A stretch of DNA of 63,190 nucleotides, the filler included. It is 9 parts of 9 records of this genome, joined end to end, with 100 filler letters (N's around TTAATTAATTAA, not from the genome) between each part and the next. Parts side by side here need not be neighbours in the genome. Positions count along the whole stretch, not along the records: positions 42,226 to 47,510 come from SRR7504441_7628; positions 47,611 to 54,039 come from SRR7504441_7638; positions 54,140 to 59,696 come from SRR7504441_7652; 6 more parts are not named here. One strand, written 5' to 3'. Made by a program: the position numbers and the translations under genes. The notes under the pieces are model-generated. The model ran no database searches, had not been told where the DNA came from, and saw nothing but the letters and a program-made list of their open reading frames with translations. Shown here one piece after another: positions 46,532-56,562 of the stretch. The stretch's first letter is position 1; the number at the start of each line of letters is the position of its first letter.

Positions 46532-47473
46532 CTATTGCGCAATTGCATGCAAGACGCTTTGACAACGAGAGCAAAGCTCCTCGCCGCCGCTAATATTGTA
46601 CCTCCAACACCTCGGGCATTTGGAATTGCGTGTGACACCCACAGAGATCACCACCGGCTGCGGCCCAACACTGCTCACCCACTCTCGCTCCGAGCTAGAC
46701 AGCACTTCCTGCAAGCGCCGCAGCAAGTCAACCATGGTGACTTGGGGGAGGCCCACCCCTGGCAGAGACCCCGCATCAAAGTGGACTGATGCTGCCAAGA
46801 AAAGCCGGGCAAGCTCGTCTGCCCCTAGCCTGTGCTCCAAGAACTCGCGATGCTCGGGAGCGGTTTGAGAGAGTGAGAGCAAAACCGATGACTGGGCCAT
46901 CCCAGAGATCCGCTTCTCCGCACGAACAGCCTCGACACACTTGTTAACCTTCAACGCATTGCTCAATCAGTGCAGAGCGCAGCAGAACAGGCACTTCACT
47001 GCGGAGTCCGAGCAAATCGTTCCACTCGACTGCCATCTCGGGCTGGTGCCACTGCCCTTCGACTGCCTGCATCCAGCCAGACCGGAACGCAGCCTCACCC
47101 ACGGCGTTATGGTCGTGCTCGTGCACGTCCTGCACAACACATCACACTGGCTGCGCTGACCGGCTAGACCTGAGCAAAGTGGCACAGCACCGGTGAAACG
47201 GCGTTCGTGACCGTCTGCAGCACTGCGCAGAGCACAGTCTGGGCCGCACGTCGCGAGTGTGATCCGGCTCCATCGGCATATAGCCTGTCTTTTGCGATTT
47301 CAAAGTAGAATGACGAGAGGTCCTGATTAACAAATTGGCCAATCAGCCTGACGACCTGCCCAACAGCGCTTGCTAGTCCAGGCGAAGACTGGGACCTTGC
47401 TATACTCGAGCTCTTCATAATGGCCTGTGACCTCGCGTTGCCACCGGTGCAACTGGTGCAGCAGGAAACGGTC
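46532..47473 (-). CDS. IARS2: Isoleucyl-tRNA synthetase, bacterial/mitochondrial type, C-terminal part (5'-truncated)
   Basis: VDRFLLHQL, DLSSFYFEIAKDRLYAD..SRRAAQTVL, SPVLCHFA and C-terminal zinc finger KCPRCWRY..LCSRC. Confidence 0.9.
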
Positions 47474-47610
47474 CACCTGTCATCCAAATCAGGCCTACAC
47501 CTGGTCCGCTNNNNNNNNNNNNNNNNNNNNNNNNNNNNNNNNNNNNNNNNNNNNTTAATTAATTAANNNNNNNNNNNNNNNNNNNNNNNNNNNNNNNNNN
47601 NNNNNNNNNN

Positions 47611-48052
47611 CCACCTTGGCGAAGCTGCCTTGCCCAATCACACCGACCAGCTCGAAATCCTCCTTGCTGACCTTGTTCCCAAACGTGTTCTGCTCCACCA
47701 TTGAGGGCGAGTGCTGCAGCGCAGGCTCGGAGTAGCTGGCGTGGACCGTGTCGTTTATAGCTCGCATCCAGCCGTCCCGGTCCTCCCGCGAGGTGCAGCC
47801 GACCTCCCACTGGTCCGACCCGTCGGCTGTCTCCAGCCGGAAGCCCCACGGCCGCTTCTTGGTGTTCTCCACGGCGCCTCTTACATTGGTGAGCTGGTGG
47901 GAGCCGCGCTTCTCCTCGCCTTGCTTGTTGCTGGCGTAGTAGGAGATCTCGTGGTCGGTCAGGATCACCCAGCGGTCCCGCCAGGGCGCCATCCCCATGA
48001 ACGACTTGCCCGCTTGCTTCTCCAGCTGCCCTTGCCGCACTATCACCGACAT
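47611..48052 (-). CDS. PH-domain AGC kinase (Akt/PKB-like), 3'-truncated
   Basis: PH domain (GQLEKQ..WRDRWVIL..RDGWMRAIN) followed by KVSKEDFELVGVIGQGSFAKV. Confidence 0.85.
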
Positions 48053-48095
48053 GCTTGGTGCCGGCAACCGACACACCAACGGAAAATCGATCCGG

Positions 48096-48561
48096 ATGGC
48101 AAAGCTGGAGCTGACCCTGGACGAGATCTGCCAGGACCTCCAGGCGCTCGGTGCCGGCCGGCCCGGCCCCTGGCTCAGCCTGTGCCAGAGGATGCCGGCG
48201 ACTTGGCCGCCACTCTGGCCTGCCTGGCTGCGGTCGCCCCCGATCCGAACAGCCCGACGGACGGCGAGCAGCAGCAGCTGGCGGCCGAGCAACGGATCAA
48301 CGCAGGCAGCGCCGGCACTGGCAGTCGGGGCTGAGCCGCGGCGGGGCAGTCGGGGAGGGGCCATTGGATCGGGAGGCATGTGCGCTGTTTCTGCAGACGG
48401 GGGCGCGGGAGGCCGAGCTGGCTAGCAAGATCAAGGCGGTGCAGCAGTCGATCAGCGAGCTGGAGGAGGGACTGAAGCAGGATCTGCAGGGCTTGCAGGA
48501 CGCCCTTCGGCAGGAGATAGTACCAGGGACCGGCGATCAGGGACCGGCGGCCAACGACTGA
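48096..48561 (+). CDS. Small coiled-coil protein
   Basis: MAKLELTLDEICQDLQAL. One GT-AG and one GC-AG (48306-48349) intron restore a continuous frame to the stop at 48561. Confidence 0.6.
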
Positions 48562-48686
48562 GCGTTGCCTGCTCATTGTTATAAATAAATTGCTACGTAA
48601 TCTATAGGGTTTTATTCGGCTTTTATCGTACTCGTATCTAACTCGTATCTCTATATGATAAGGACGCATCTAAGCTTGGTCGCAAT

Positions 48687-49964
48687 TCAAACTTTGCTGG
48701 CCAGTGGCTGCACCGTCGATGGCATCTCGAAGTCACCCCGACCCTCGGCCAGCAGCCAACCGGCCACATCCGCACCCAGCTGCAGCGACGCCCCCGCGGC
48801 CTTCCCGTGACACGTGCCCACTGCCGCCACCCTGTCGCTCTGCCAGCGCGCCTGGATCTGCGAGGTTTCCGCCGAGCAGGCGGTGAAGCACGGCTTGGTC
48901 CTGTAGCTGGCCGGCCGTAGCCCGGGGAGTGCCTCCGCCAGCGCTGATTTGAGCTCGTCAGCCTGCTGAACACACCCGCTCCCAGCCATCCACTGGGCTA
49001 TCAGCGCATCGGCCCGGGCCGGGTCATCCGCCGGCCGGGTCGGGAGCCACTGATTGGCCCCGCCGCCTATCTTGATGTAGGTCTTACCGTCCGGATATTC
49101 AATTGGAGGCAGAATGTACACCGTACTCGCCTCGATTTGGTCGTGTGCCGACCCGCCGGCAGAGCCGGGCTGCTGGGCCCGCTCGTACTTGATGGCCGGC
49201 ATCCCGGCGAACTGGGTCAGCTGCTCCGGGCTCAGCTCGGCCAGCAGCACCGTCCGCTTGGAGACTCTGTACCCAAGCACCGGCAGCCCGCTCGCCCGCA
49301 AAACGCTGTCGGTGAGCCCCCCACACGAGACCACCACCCGCGCCGCCCGGATCTGCTCCCCGGAAGATGTCTGTACCAGCACGCCCGACTCGGCGGGGGC
49401 CAGCTGCGTGGCCGCCCCGCGCACAATCCTCCCGCCGGCCGCCGCGAACACTTCGTTGTTGGCTCTGATCAGCGCCAGAGGGTTGACGTACCCTGCTCCG
49501 CTCCGCGGCGGCTCGAATAGCCCAGCCGCCCCCTCGGTCACCGCACAGTGCGGCAGCAGGCCCCTCGCCTCGGCCGCGCTGAGCACGCTTGCCGGCACAC
49601 CCGCCTGCCCGAGCGAGCCGGCAAGCCGGTGCACCAGCTCTGGACGCCCGAGCACCGCCGAGCCGCAGGCCACCCTGAAGCGGATCCCACTCTGGGCCTC
49701 CAGCCCGGCCGCCCGCTGGATTGAGCCCACGTTGGCCGCCACCCAGCTCGGCTCGGACTCGGCGTCCGCGGCCCGAATGATCCGGCCCATGTCCAGGTGC
49801 GAGGCAGTCCGCTCGGCCGAGCCGCAGACCAGGCACACCTGCCCTCGAGGGAGCGCCTGCTGCAGCTCCCGGGCAATCGCCGACCCGAGGCAGCCGTTCC
49901 CCACTACCGCCCAGTACACCGACGAAGCTCCAGCCATCCCCAACTCGAAGTGCTTGGCTCTCAT
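48687..49964 (-). CDS. FAD-dependent oxidoreductase, sarcosine/pipecolate oxidase-like (DAO family); possible PTS1-like C-terminus (-SKV)
   Basis: Intronless; VVGNGCLGSAIA dinucleotide fold, SHLDMGRIIR, AGYVNP and YILPPIEYPDGKTYIKIGG. Start at 49964 or 49937. Confidence 0.85.
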   Translation of the reverse strand: MRAKHFELGMAGASSVYWAVVGNGCLGSAIARELQQALPRGQVCLVCGSAERTASHLDMGRIIRAADAESEPSWVAANVGSIQRAAGLEAQSGIRFRVACGSAVLGRPELVHRLAGSLGQAGVPASVLSAAEARGLLPHCAVTEGAAGLFEPPRSGAGYVNPLALIRANNEVFAAAGGRIVRGAATQLAPAESGVLVQTSSGEQIRAARVVVSCGGLTDSVLRASGLPVLGYRVSKRTVLLAELSPEQLTQFAGMPAIKYERAQQPGSAGGSAHDQIEASTVYILPPIEYPDGKTYIKIGGGANQWLPTRPADDPARADALIAQWMAGSGCVQQADELKSALAEALPGLRPASYRTKPCFTACSAETSQIQARWQSDRVAAVGTCHGKAAGASLQLGADVAGWLLAEGRGDFEMPSTVQPLASKV

Positions 49965-50181
49965 CAAGAAGAACCCGGCGGATCTTGCGGATCGCGGGAT
50001 CGCCAGCGGATCGCTGGGATGATCTTGGATGGATTGAGCATTGGTTTAAACCACTAGGATTGCTAGCTGTGAATGCCGTGATTGTAATGATCCTAGAGCT
50101 AAGCACAGATTCAACAAACCGTAAACAAACCGCGCATTACCGTCAACACTTTGATTTTGACACTCACGTAACTTGGATCAA

Positions 50182-51102
50182 TTATTTGACAAAGTGGCAG
50201 AACCCATTGGCCTTGCAGTACTCTTGCGATAGCCCGGCGGGGCAGTGCTGCTCGGCCCATGCATGGCAGTCGGCGTCGGCCTTGCATCCGACCACAGCCC
50301 CCGGGTCGCACTTGGCAGGTGGGCTGGGCGGGGCAGGCGGGCTTGCGGAGCAGTTGGCCGGCGGGGTGGGCTGGGTGTCGCAGCCGCCTGCACTGGGCTC
50401 GGTCGGACCCTGCGGGAGCGCACCTGGGGTGGAGTAAGGGTCGTCGGGGCTAGCCAGCTCGACGCAGCGGCCGCCCAGGTTGCAGTACTTGTACAGCTGA
50501 GTGCTCGAGTACCAGCCCCAGCCAGCGAGCTGGCCCAGCGTTATCTCGGCCGGGTCGCCGGCGGGCAACAGCTTCTCGGACCGGTAGCCCACCGACCAGG
50601 CCTGCTGGGTGCTCGCAAACCCACCGCACGGCCGGGCGGCCCGGCCGTTGTTGTCGTACCCACACGGGCAGCACCACGAGTACTGCTCGCGGCAGGTGAC
50701 CGGCTGCTGGCTGTCTGGGAGCAGTTTCTTCTGCAGAGCGTCAGCGTACTTGCACCCGATTTTCCCGATGAACGAGTCCCTGGCCTGCCCTCAGGCGGCT
50801 GGCGGACAGTCCTCCCACCCGAACTTGCAGTCCGAGTGCGGCGCGTAGCGCTCGCCGCAGCCCATCATCTGGTCCCAGGTCTGATTGCACGGCGGGAACA
50901 CCGTCCCGTCCGGCTGGGCCCCGCCGCACGACTTGAGGCTGGCGAAGTTGCCCGCGAACGGCCAGTCACATTGGCTCGGGCCGTGCGCTGGCCGGTCGAA
51001 CCGGGAGTGCGCCCAGGACGGGTTGTCCCGCCGCTGGCTAAAGTCGCACAGGCCGGCGGCCCCGGCTGCCAGCAGCAGAAGCTGTGCGCCCAGCAGCCGC
51101 AT
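50182..51102 (-). CDS. Secreted cysteine-rich protein with Pro-rich linker
   Basis: Signal peptide MRLLGAQLLLLAAG; one GT-AG intron; more than 20 Cys; terminal module CKADADC..C..YCKANGFCHF. Confidence 0.7.
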
Positions 51103-51254
51103 TGCTTCGGTCGGCGACGCCGACGGGCGTGTGCGTGTTAAATTAATTAAAAGGCGCGGGAACACGTTCAAAATCCTTCATTTCTGTACGAGTATCCTAT
51201 GCTCATCTCACAGCTAGCGTGTCTTGCCTCTCAGCTCTTCGCCCCCTCGCCAGG

Positions 51255-52443
51255 TCACACCTTTGTTATAGCCAAGGCGCCACGGGGCACCATCCCGGCC
51301 TCCTGCAGCGTCTTGCCGAGGTGCTCTTGGGTGTAGATCTCGCGTGGAAAGGTGTTGGCCAGCGCCCAGCTGCCCGGCGGCAGCCCCGCCCCCCACAACC
51401 GGGCCACGTGGTCGTGCACGGTGCCCAGCGTGTCGGTCGGCTTGAACACCACCTTCTCGTTCGAGCCGTCCAGCAGGGTCAGCCGCACCGTGCACGTGTC
51501 ATACTGCTTCTTGGCCTTGGGCGCGGCCTCCTTCACCTCCGCGGACGGCGCCTCGGCGGTGGCGTTCTCCTCGACCGGGCGCTTGTTGCCGAACCGCCTG
51601 GCGCGATCGGCTGCGATGTCGGCCTTCACCTTTTCTTTGAACGCCTTGTCCTCCGCCTTCTTGCGCTTTGCCTCGTCCAAAGCCTGCCTGCGCACCATGG
51701 CCTCGATCTCCTCCTTGGCCTCGCCGCCCTGCTTGCCGTCGCTGCGCCGCTTCTTCTCCGCCTCCAGCTTGTCGGCCTTCTCCTTGACCATCCTCGCCTC
51801 CCTGGCCCGGGCCGCCCTCTCCTCGACGGCCTTCTTGCGCTCCTCCAGGCTGAGCTGCGGCTTGCCCTCCCCCTCCTGGCCCTCCCCCTCGCTGCCCTCG
51901 GGCTCGGCGCTGGCGTTCTTCTCGATGGACTCGATGGAGGCCCCGAGCCGCTGCCCGCCGCCGGAGCTGCCCCCGACCCCGGCCACCTCGCCCACGACCT
52001 CCCACGAGTCGTTCCGCTCGCTCCACTTGTACAAGAACGCCTTGCCGTCGTTGCTGAACGTCTGGGTCTCGCCGTCCTTGTAGCCCGGCTTGGCCACCTG
52101 CCCGCCCCGGGTCACGCACCCGCCGGTCCGGCCGGGCCCGTCGCCTGGATTCGAGTGAGCGTGGCCACGTAGGCCGCCAGCTGGGTGTCCCCGCCGGACG
52201 CTTGGGCTGGCGCGGCCGACGGCGCGGCCGACGGCGCCCCGTCCGGGTTTGAGAACAGCCAGTCCATGGCCTGCTCGACCCCCTTGCCCTGCGTGTGCTG
52301 CACCGCCGCCTGGCACTTGGCCCGGTCAAAGCCCATGTCCATCAGCGACGCGATCAAAGGGTCCTCCGACCCGCCGCTCGACAGGTTTTGCCCGCCCTGC
52401 TCGAGGCTCGCCCGGATCGCCGCGTCCAGGTCCAGTCGCCCAT
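51255..52443 (-). CDS. UBA-UBX domain protein (UBXN1/SAKS1-like p97 cofactor) with UIM and a PLAA/Doa1-like segment
   Basis: LDAAIRASL (UIM), LMDMGFDRAKC..VEQAMDWL (UBA) and VRLTLLDGS..FKPTDTL..FPRE..TLQEAGMVPRG (UBX). GC-AG intron 52098-52144. Start codon ambiguous. Confidence 0.85.
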
Positions 52444-52657
52444 GCTTTGGTTCGAGCCTTCCCCCCCCGCCAAAGAAAAACGGTCTCTCTCTGTTGTTGA
52501 TCCTCCTCTGTGTGCGGCGTGCGCCCGGTGGGGGAAGAAGAGACGCGCGCATGCGGCTCGGGACACTGGCGGGTGGCGCGCACACACACCCAGAGGCAAG
52601 GAGGACGCCGGGGCACGGCTCACCCCTGGTTGGTGTGGTCATCAAACCCAAAAACGA

Positions 52658-52730
52658 TATCCACGGTGGGGATCGAACCCACGATATTCAGCGTGTAAAG
52701 CTGATGTCCTAACCACTAGACGACATGGAC
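52658..52730 (-). tRNA. tRNA-Val (anticodon UAC)
   Basis: Cloverleaf GTCCATG..GTCTAGTGGTTAGGAC..TCAGC-TTTACAC-GCTGA..GTGGG-TTCGATC-CCCAC..CGTGGAT-A. Downstream T5 Pol III terminator at 52650-52654. Confidence 0.95.
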
Positions 52731-52767
52731 TTTACAAACAAGTCGAGATCGGAGACCTGTGTTTATG

Positions 52768-52786
52768 AGCTGATGTCCTAACCACT
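52768..52786 (-). repeat. Exact 19-bp copy of tRNA-Val D-arm/A-box segment (52699-52717)
   Basis: AGCTGATGTCCTAACCACT at both positions. Confidence 0.9.
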
Positions 52787-52875
52787 GCCGCCGGGCCGCG
52801 CCGGCCGCTACCCCAGCATCACCTCGGTGACTTTGCCGCCCTCTGCCGCCGCCCACTACGTCAGCTGCGATCCGA

Positions 52876-54039
52876 ATGGCCGGGTCACACCGGCCGAGCG
52901 CTCGAAATGGTCGGCCGGGAAGCTCAACAAGAAAGCCCGCCCGGACTGGGAGTACCGCTTTTCGGGCGGCCGGTGGATAGAGTGAGTGGGCATTCTGGAG
53001 AGTAGGCCGGGTCGCTAAGGCCAAGTGCGCCGACTTGTCAGCGGGTAGAGGCCGGAAGCTGAACACCGGCACCCGGCCGAACGACGGGAGTACCGCTTTT
53101 CAGGCGGCCGGTGGATGCTGTGGCATCTCAACACCGGCGAGCCAGGTGCGCGAACTGTGGGCAGGTCGCTGCGGAGAGCACCAACGACAGTGTGAACGAC
53201 AACAACAACAACCGTGAACGGCCGGGCGCGTCGCGGCAGCAGATGGAGGACCTGTCGCACCGCCGGCGGCAGGCGGTCACCACGCTGCTCGAGGAGTGGA
53301 ACGACCAGCACGCCAGCAAGTCGGACCAGGCCGTCGCCCGGGCCGAGAAGCTGCTGGCCCGGCCGCCGCCCAGCCCGGTCCGGTTTGAAGCGCCCACGTC
53401 CGGGCAGGGTGACCGGGTGGGCCACTCCGAGGGGAGCAGCTGGGTGCCGGCCGATCGGGTGATCGCCCGGCTGCCCGGCCCGTCGGCCCACCTGATGGAC
53501 ACGTTCAGCGCGCTCGATGCCAACCAGGACGGCGTGATCGACCGGCACGAGTGGCAGGCCGGGCTGACCGCGCGCAAGCTGGCCCCCAGCCCCCCGTGGA
53601 TGGGCCGAGACGGCCTGGAGCCGCTAGGCCGGCCGGTCGGGGAGCCCCGCCCGACCGAGCCGGACTACCTGGCTCGGATGACCCGGCTGGCCGAGCAACA
53701 GCAGCGGGTGCACGACGGAGTGGCCTCCACCCTGGCCCAGATCCAGGAGCGCCGGGCCTGGGCGATGGCCGCCCCGCCCAGCGAGCCGCTGATCGACGGC
53801 CGGCAACCTGGGGCCGATCCGGAGCGGATGATGGCCCGGTGGGCCGACCGCCAGAGCGCGTGCGACACCGGGCTGGACGATCGGATCGCTCAGATCAACC
53901 AACAGGCCGCCCAGGCGCGTGGCTCGCTCCAGTACGCCCCGCCGGTCTGTCCGCCGCAGCCGTGGGCGCCGCCGCCGGATCTGGTCGAATGGGAGCGAAT
54001 GGTCCTGGCCAGCCGGCTTCAAGCTGAGGTGGCGCCAGC
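52876..54039 (+). CDS. EF-hand-containing protein, 3'-truncated; 5' structure uncertain
   Basis: FSALDANQDGVIDRHEW EF-hand in an ORF open to the contig end. Confidence 0.6.
52948..53116. repeat. 31-bp direct repeat (30/31 identical), period 138 bp
   Basis: GGGAGTACCGCTTTTC(G/A)GGCGGCCGGTGGAT at 52948-52978 and 53086-53116. Confidence 0.85.
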
Positions 54040-54139
54040 NNNNNNNNNNNNNNNNNNNNNNNNNNNNNNNNNNNNNNNNNNNNTTAATTAATTAANNNNN
54101 NNNNNNNNNNNNNNNNNNNNNNNNNNNNNNNNNNNNNNN

Positions 54140-55964
54140 GGCCTGCTCCACGAGCTTGGCACTGGCTTCTGCGTTCTCAGACTCTCGTCGTGAGTGGTCC
54201 AGGTTGGCAGACTCCAGCGCGCTCTGCAACGACAGCATCGACAGGGCGTGCTCCACCTCGATGGACTGCTTCTCAGCTACCATTTCAGAAATCTTTGATT
54301 CGGCGAGGCTCAACTTGCGCTGTAGGCTGCTCTCGGCATCTTCGCCTGGTTTGGAGTCCCGGTTCTGGCTCTCAGCAGCTGCCATCTGTCTCTCGAGCGC
54401 AGCAACCTTGCTCTTGAATACGGCCGCCTCATCAGCCTTGGCTGCAACAGTCTTGAACTTTGCCTTGCTTTGTTCGAGCGCCGCGTTGGCCTCGGCTAGC
54501 TTGGTGCCGGCGCTCTTCACCTGCTGCTCCTTGGAAGCCAGCTGCGCCTCCAGCTCTTCGATTTTGAGTTCGTCCACTCTTCTGGAGACTCCTTGCGCTG
54601 CAGTCGCCTGCTTTGTGAGTGAGGACATAACTGCCTGTGCCTGCGACTGGTCTGCAGACAACTCGTGATTCTGTGCCTTCAAACTAAGCACTTGACCCTC
54701 TGCGTCCGCCAGTTTGCGCGCGAGCTCGTCGGATTTGGCCTGTGCAGCTGAATTTGCCTCTTGAGAGCCTTCAGCCTGTGACAGCTGCAGCTTCCTCAAC
54801 TCGTCCGCCTTCGCGGCCTCGGCCTTCTGAGCTTCTTCCAGAGCTTGCTTAGCTTGCTTCAGCTCCTCCGCGGTGGCTGCTTCAGCCGTCTTGGATGCCC
54901 CCAGCGCTGCCTCCACCTCCGCCAGCTTGCCGGCCTGAGTGTCCTTAGAATCCGCAGCCTGGCTCGCTGCCTGGGCTTTAGCCTCCGCAAGTTCGGCCTC
55001 AAGCTCAGCGATCCGCTTGGCTGCCGCCTCCGCCTGCTCCTGCTTCAGCTTCTGCTCTTTACTCAACTCCGCTTGGAGCTCCGCCAGCTTGGCTGCCTGG
55101 TTTGTCGCCTCCGCATCGCCAGCCTGGGCCACGCCCGTCAGCTTGGCCTGCGCCTGATCCAGCTCGGCCTTCTGCTGGGCAGCTTGCTGCTCCACCTGGT
55201 CTAGCTTCTCCTGCAGGTCTAGCCGGCCCTGGGTCTCCTTGGCCAGCTGCTTCCTGTGCGCCTCCTTTGCCAGCTTCTGGCCCTCCTTCATCGCCTCATT
55301 CTCAGCCTCCAGCTCACTGATCTTTACAAGTTGCTCCTTCGCCCGCGAGTCAGCTGCCGACTTGGCCCCCTGCTCGGCCCCGGCTAGCTGCTGCTCCAGA
55401 GTGGCCAGCTTCCCCTGAGCCGCCTGCAGCTCGCTCCGCAGCTCGGCCTGTCCTGCCTGGCTCGCCTCCAGCTTAGCTTGCTTCTCCTGTGCCTCCTCCT
55501 CGAGCGCCTTCACCTGCGCGCTCGTCTGCCGCTTCGCCTCGGCCACGCCATCGCTCTCGGCCAGTTTGCCCAGCTCGAGCGCTGGCACCTGGGGCGAGCT
55601 GCTCGGCTTAGGCTCAGTAAGCTCGCTGATCCCACTGACCGCCGAATGCAGGCTGGCCGTGCTGCTCGGCGTCGGCAGTGGCGACTCCTGCACCCGCTCG
55701 ACCGGGCCCGGCTGGCGGCCCGGCACCTCCACAGGCGGGGGTGGCGGCGCAGCCGGCTCCTCCTTTGCGGGGGTCACTGAGGCGCTCGTCGGGGCCGATT
55801 CATCGCCTCCGGCGGCCTGGCCCTTCTTCTTCTTCTTCTTCTCTTCCTTCTTCTTCTTGTGCTTCAGGAAGAGCGCATCTGGCGCCCGGTCGGATGGAGG
55901 CCGGGGCGGGCCGGGCACCGAGGTCGCGGCGCTTCTTTTGACGCTGTTCTTCCTCGGGATCCAT
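54140..55964 (-). CDS. Long coiled-coil protein (golgin-like N-terminus), 3'-truncated
   Basis: MDPEEEQRQKKRRDL|DALFLKHKKKK after one GT-AG intron; extended A/E/K/Q heptads. Confidence 0.75.
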
Positions 55965-56162
55965 CGCGCTGGGCGAGCGCACCTAGCGAGTGCCGGGCGG
56001 CGAGTTGCCCGAGCTGCCAGGCTAGCCGGCCAGTCAGCCAAGCAGGAGGCCGGGCAGGCACCGCCAAGCCACCCAGGCAGCCACCGGATCGATTCGCGAG
56101 CCCTGGCGGTTGCGTCAAGAAAAAAATTCAGCGGCGACGTCGATCGCGAATTGCTGCAGCTG

Positions 56163-56199
56163 ACGTGTTCCGATTGATCCATACGTGTTCCGATTGATC
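56163..56199. repeat. 17-bp direct repeat ACGTGTTCCGATTGATC x2 in divergent promoter region
   Basis: Copies at 56163-56179 and 56183-56199. Confidence 0.85.
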
Positions 56200-56562
56200 A
56201 AGACCCGATCCGGGTGGTGTTGGTCGGGAACCGCTGATGCAAGACGACGCAGGCCTCAGGAGCCTAAAAACCCTGGCTTCAGTGTAGGCTTTAGGCGAGC
56301 TACACGGCCACCCGCGGCACTATGACTAAGGACGTATACGTAACTGCTCGTATGAGCCAGCAGGGCGATCCGCGCTTGGTTGTAGCTTGGTTGTAGTAAG
56401 AGGACCGCAACCACGACAAGGTTTTGCGGCAATGGCCTCGTTCGTGCTTAGTCTCGGAGTCCGTGGTCTCGAGCTGTGACTCGTGTATGACTCGTGTCTG
56501 AGAGGAGAGCTCTGGTGGCCTTTCGGAGCGTCAAGCGCTTTGATTCGCCGTCGTCGCCAGCA

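Noticed and set aside
9457-49964. Intronless genes as evidence of horizontal transfer
   Set aside because: TCP11, a eukaryotic gene, is also intronless, so intron absence alone is not diagnostic. A phylogeny is needed.
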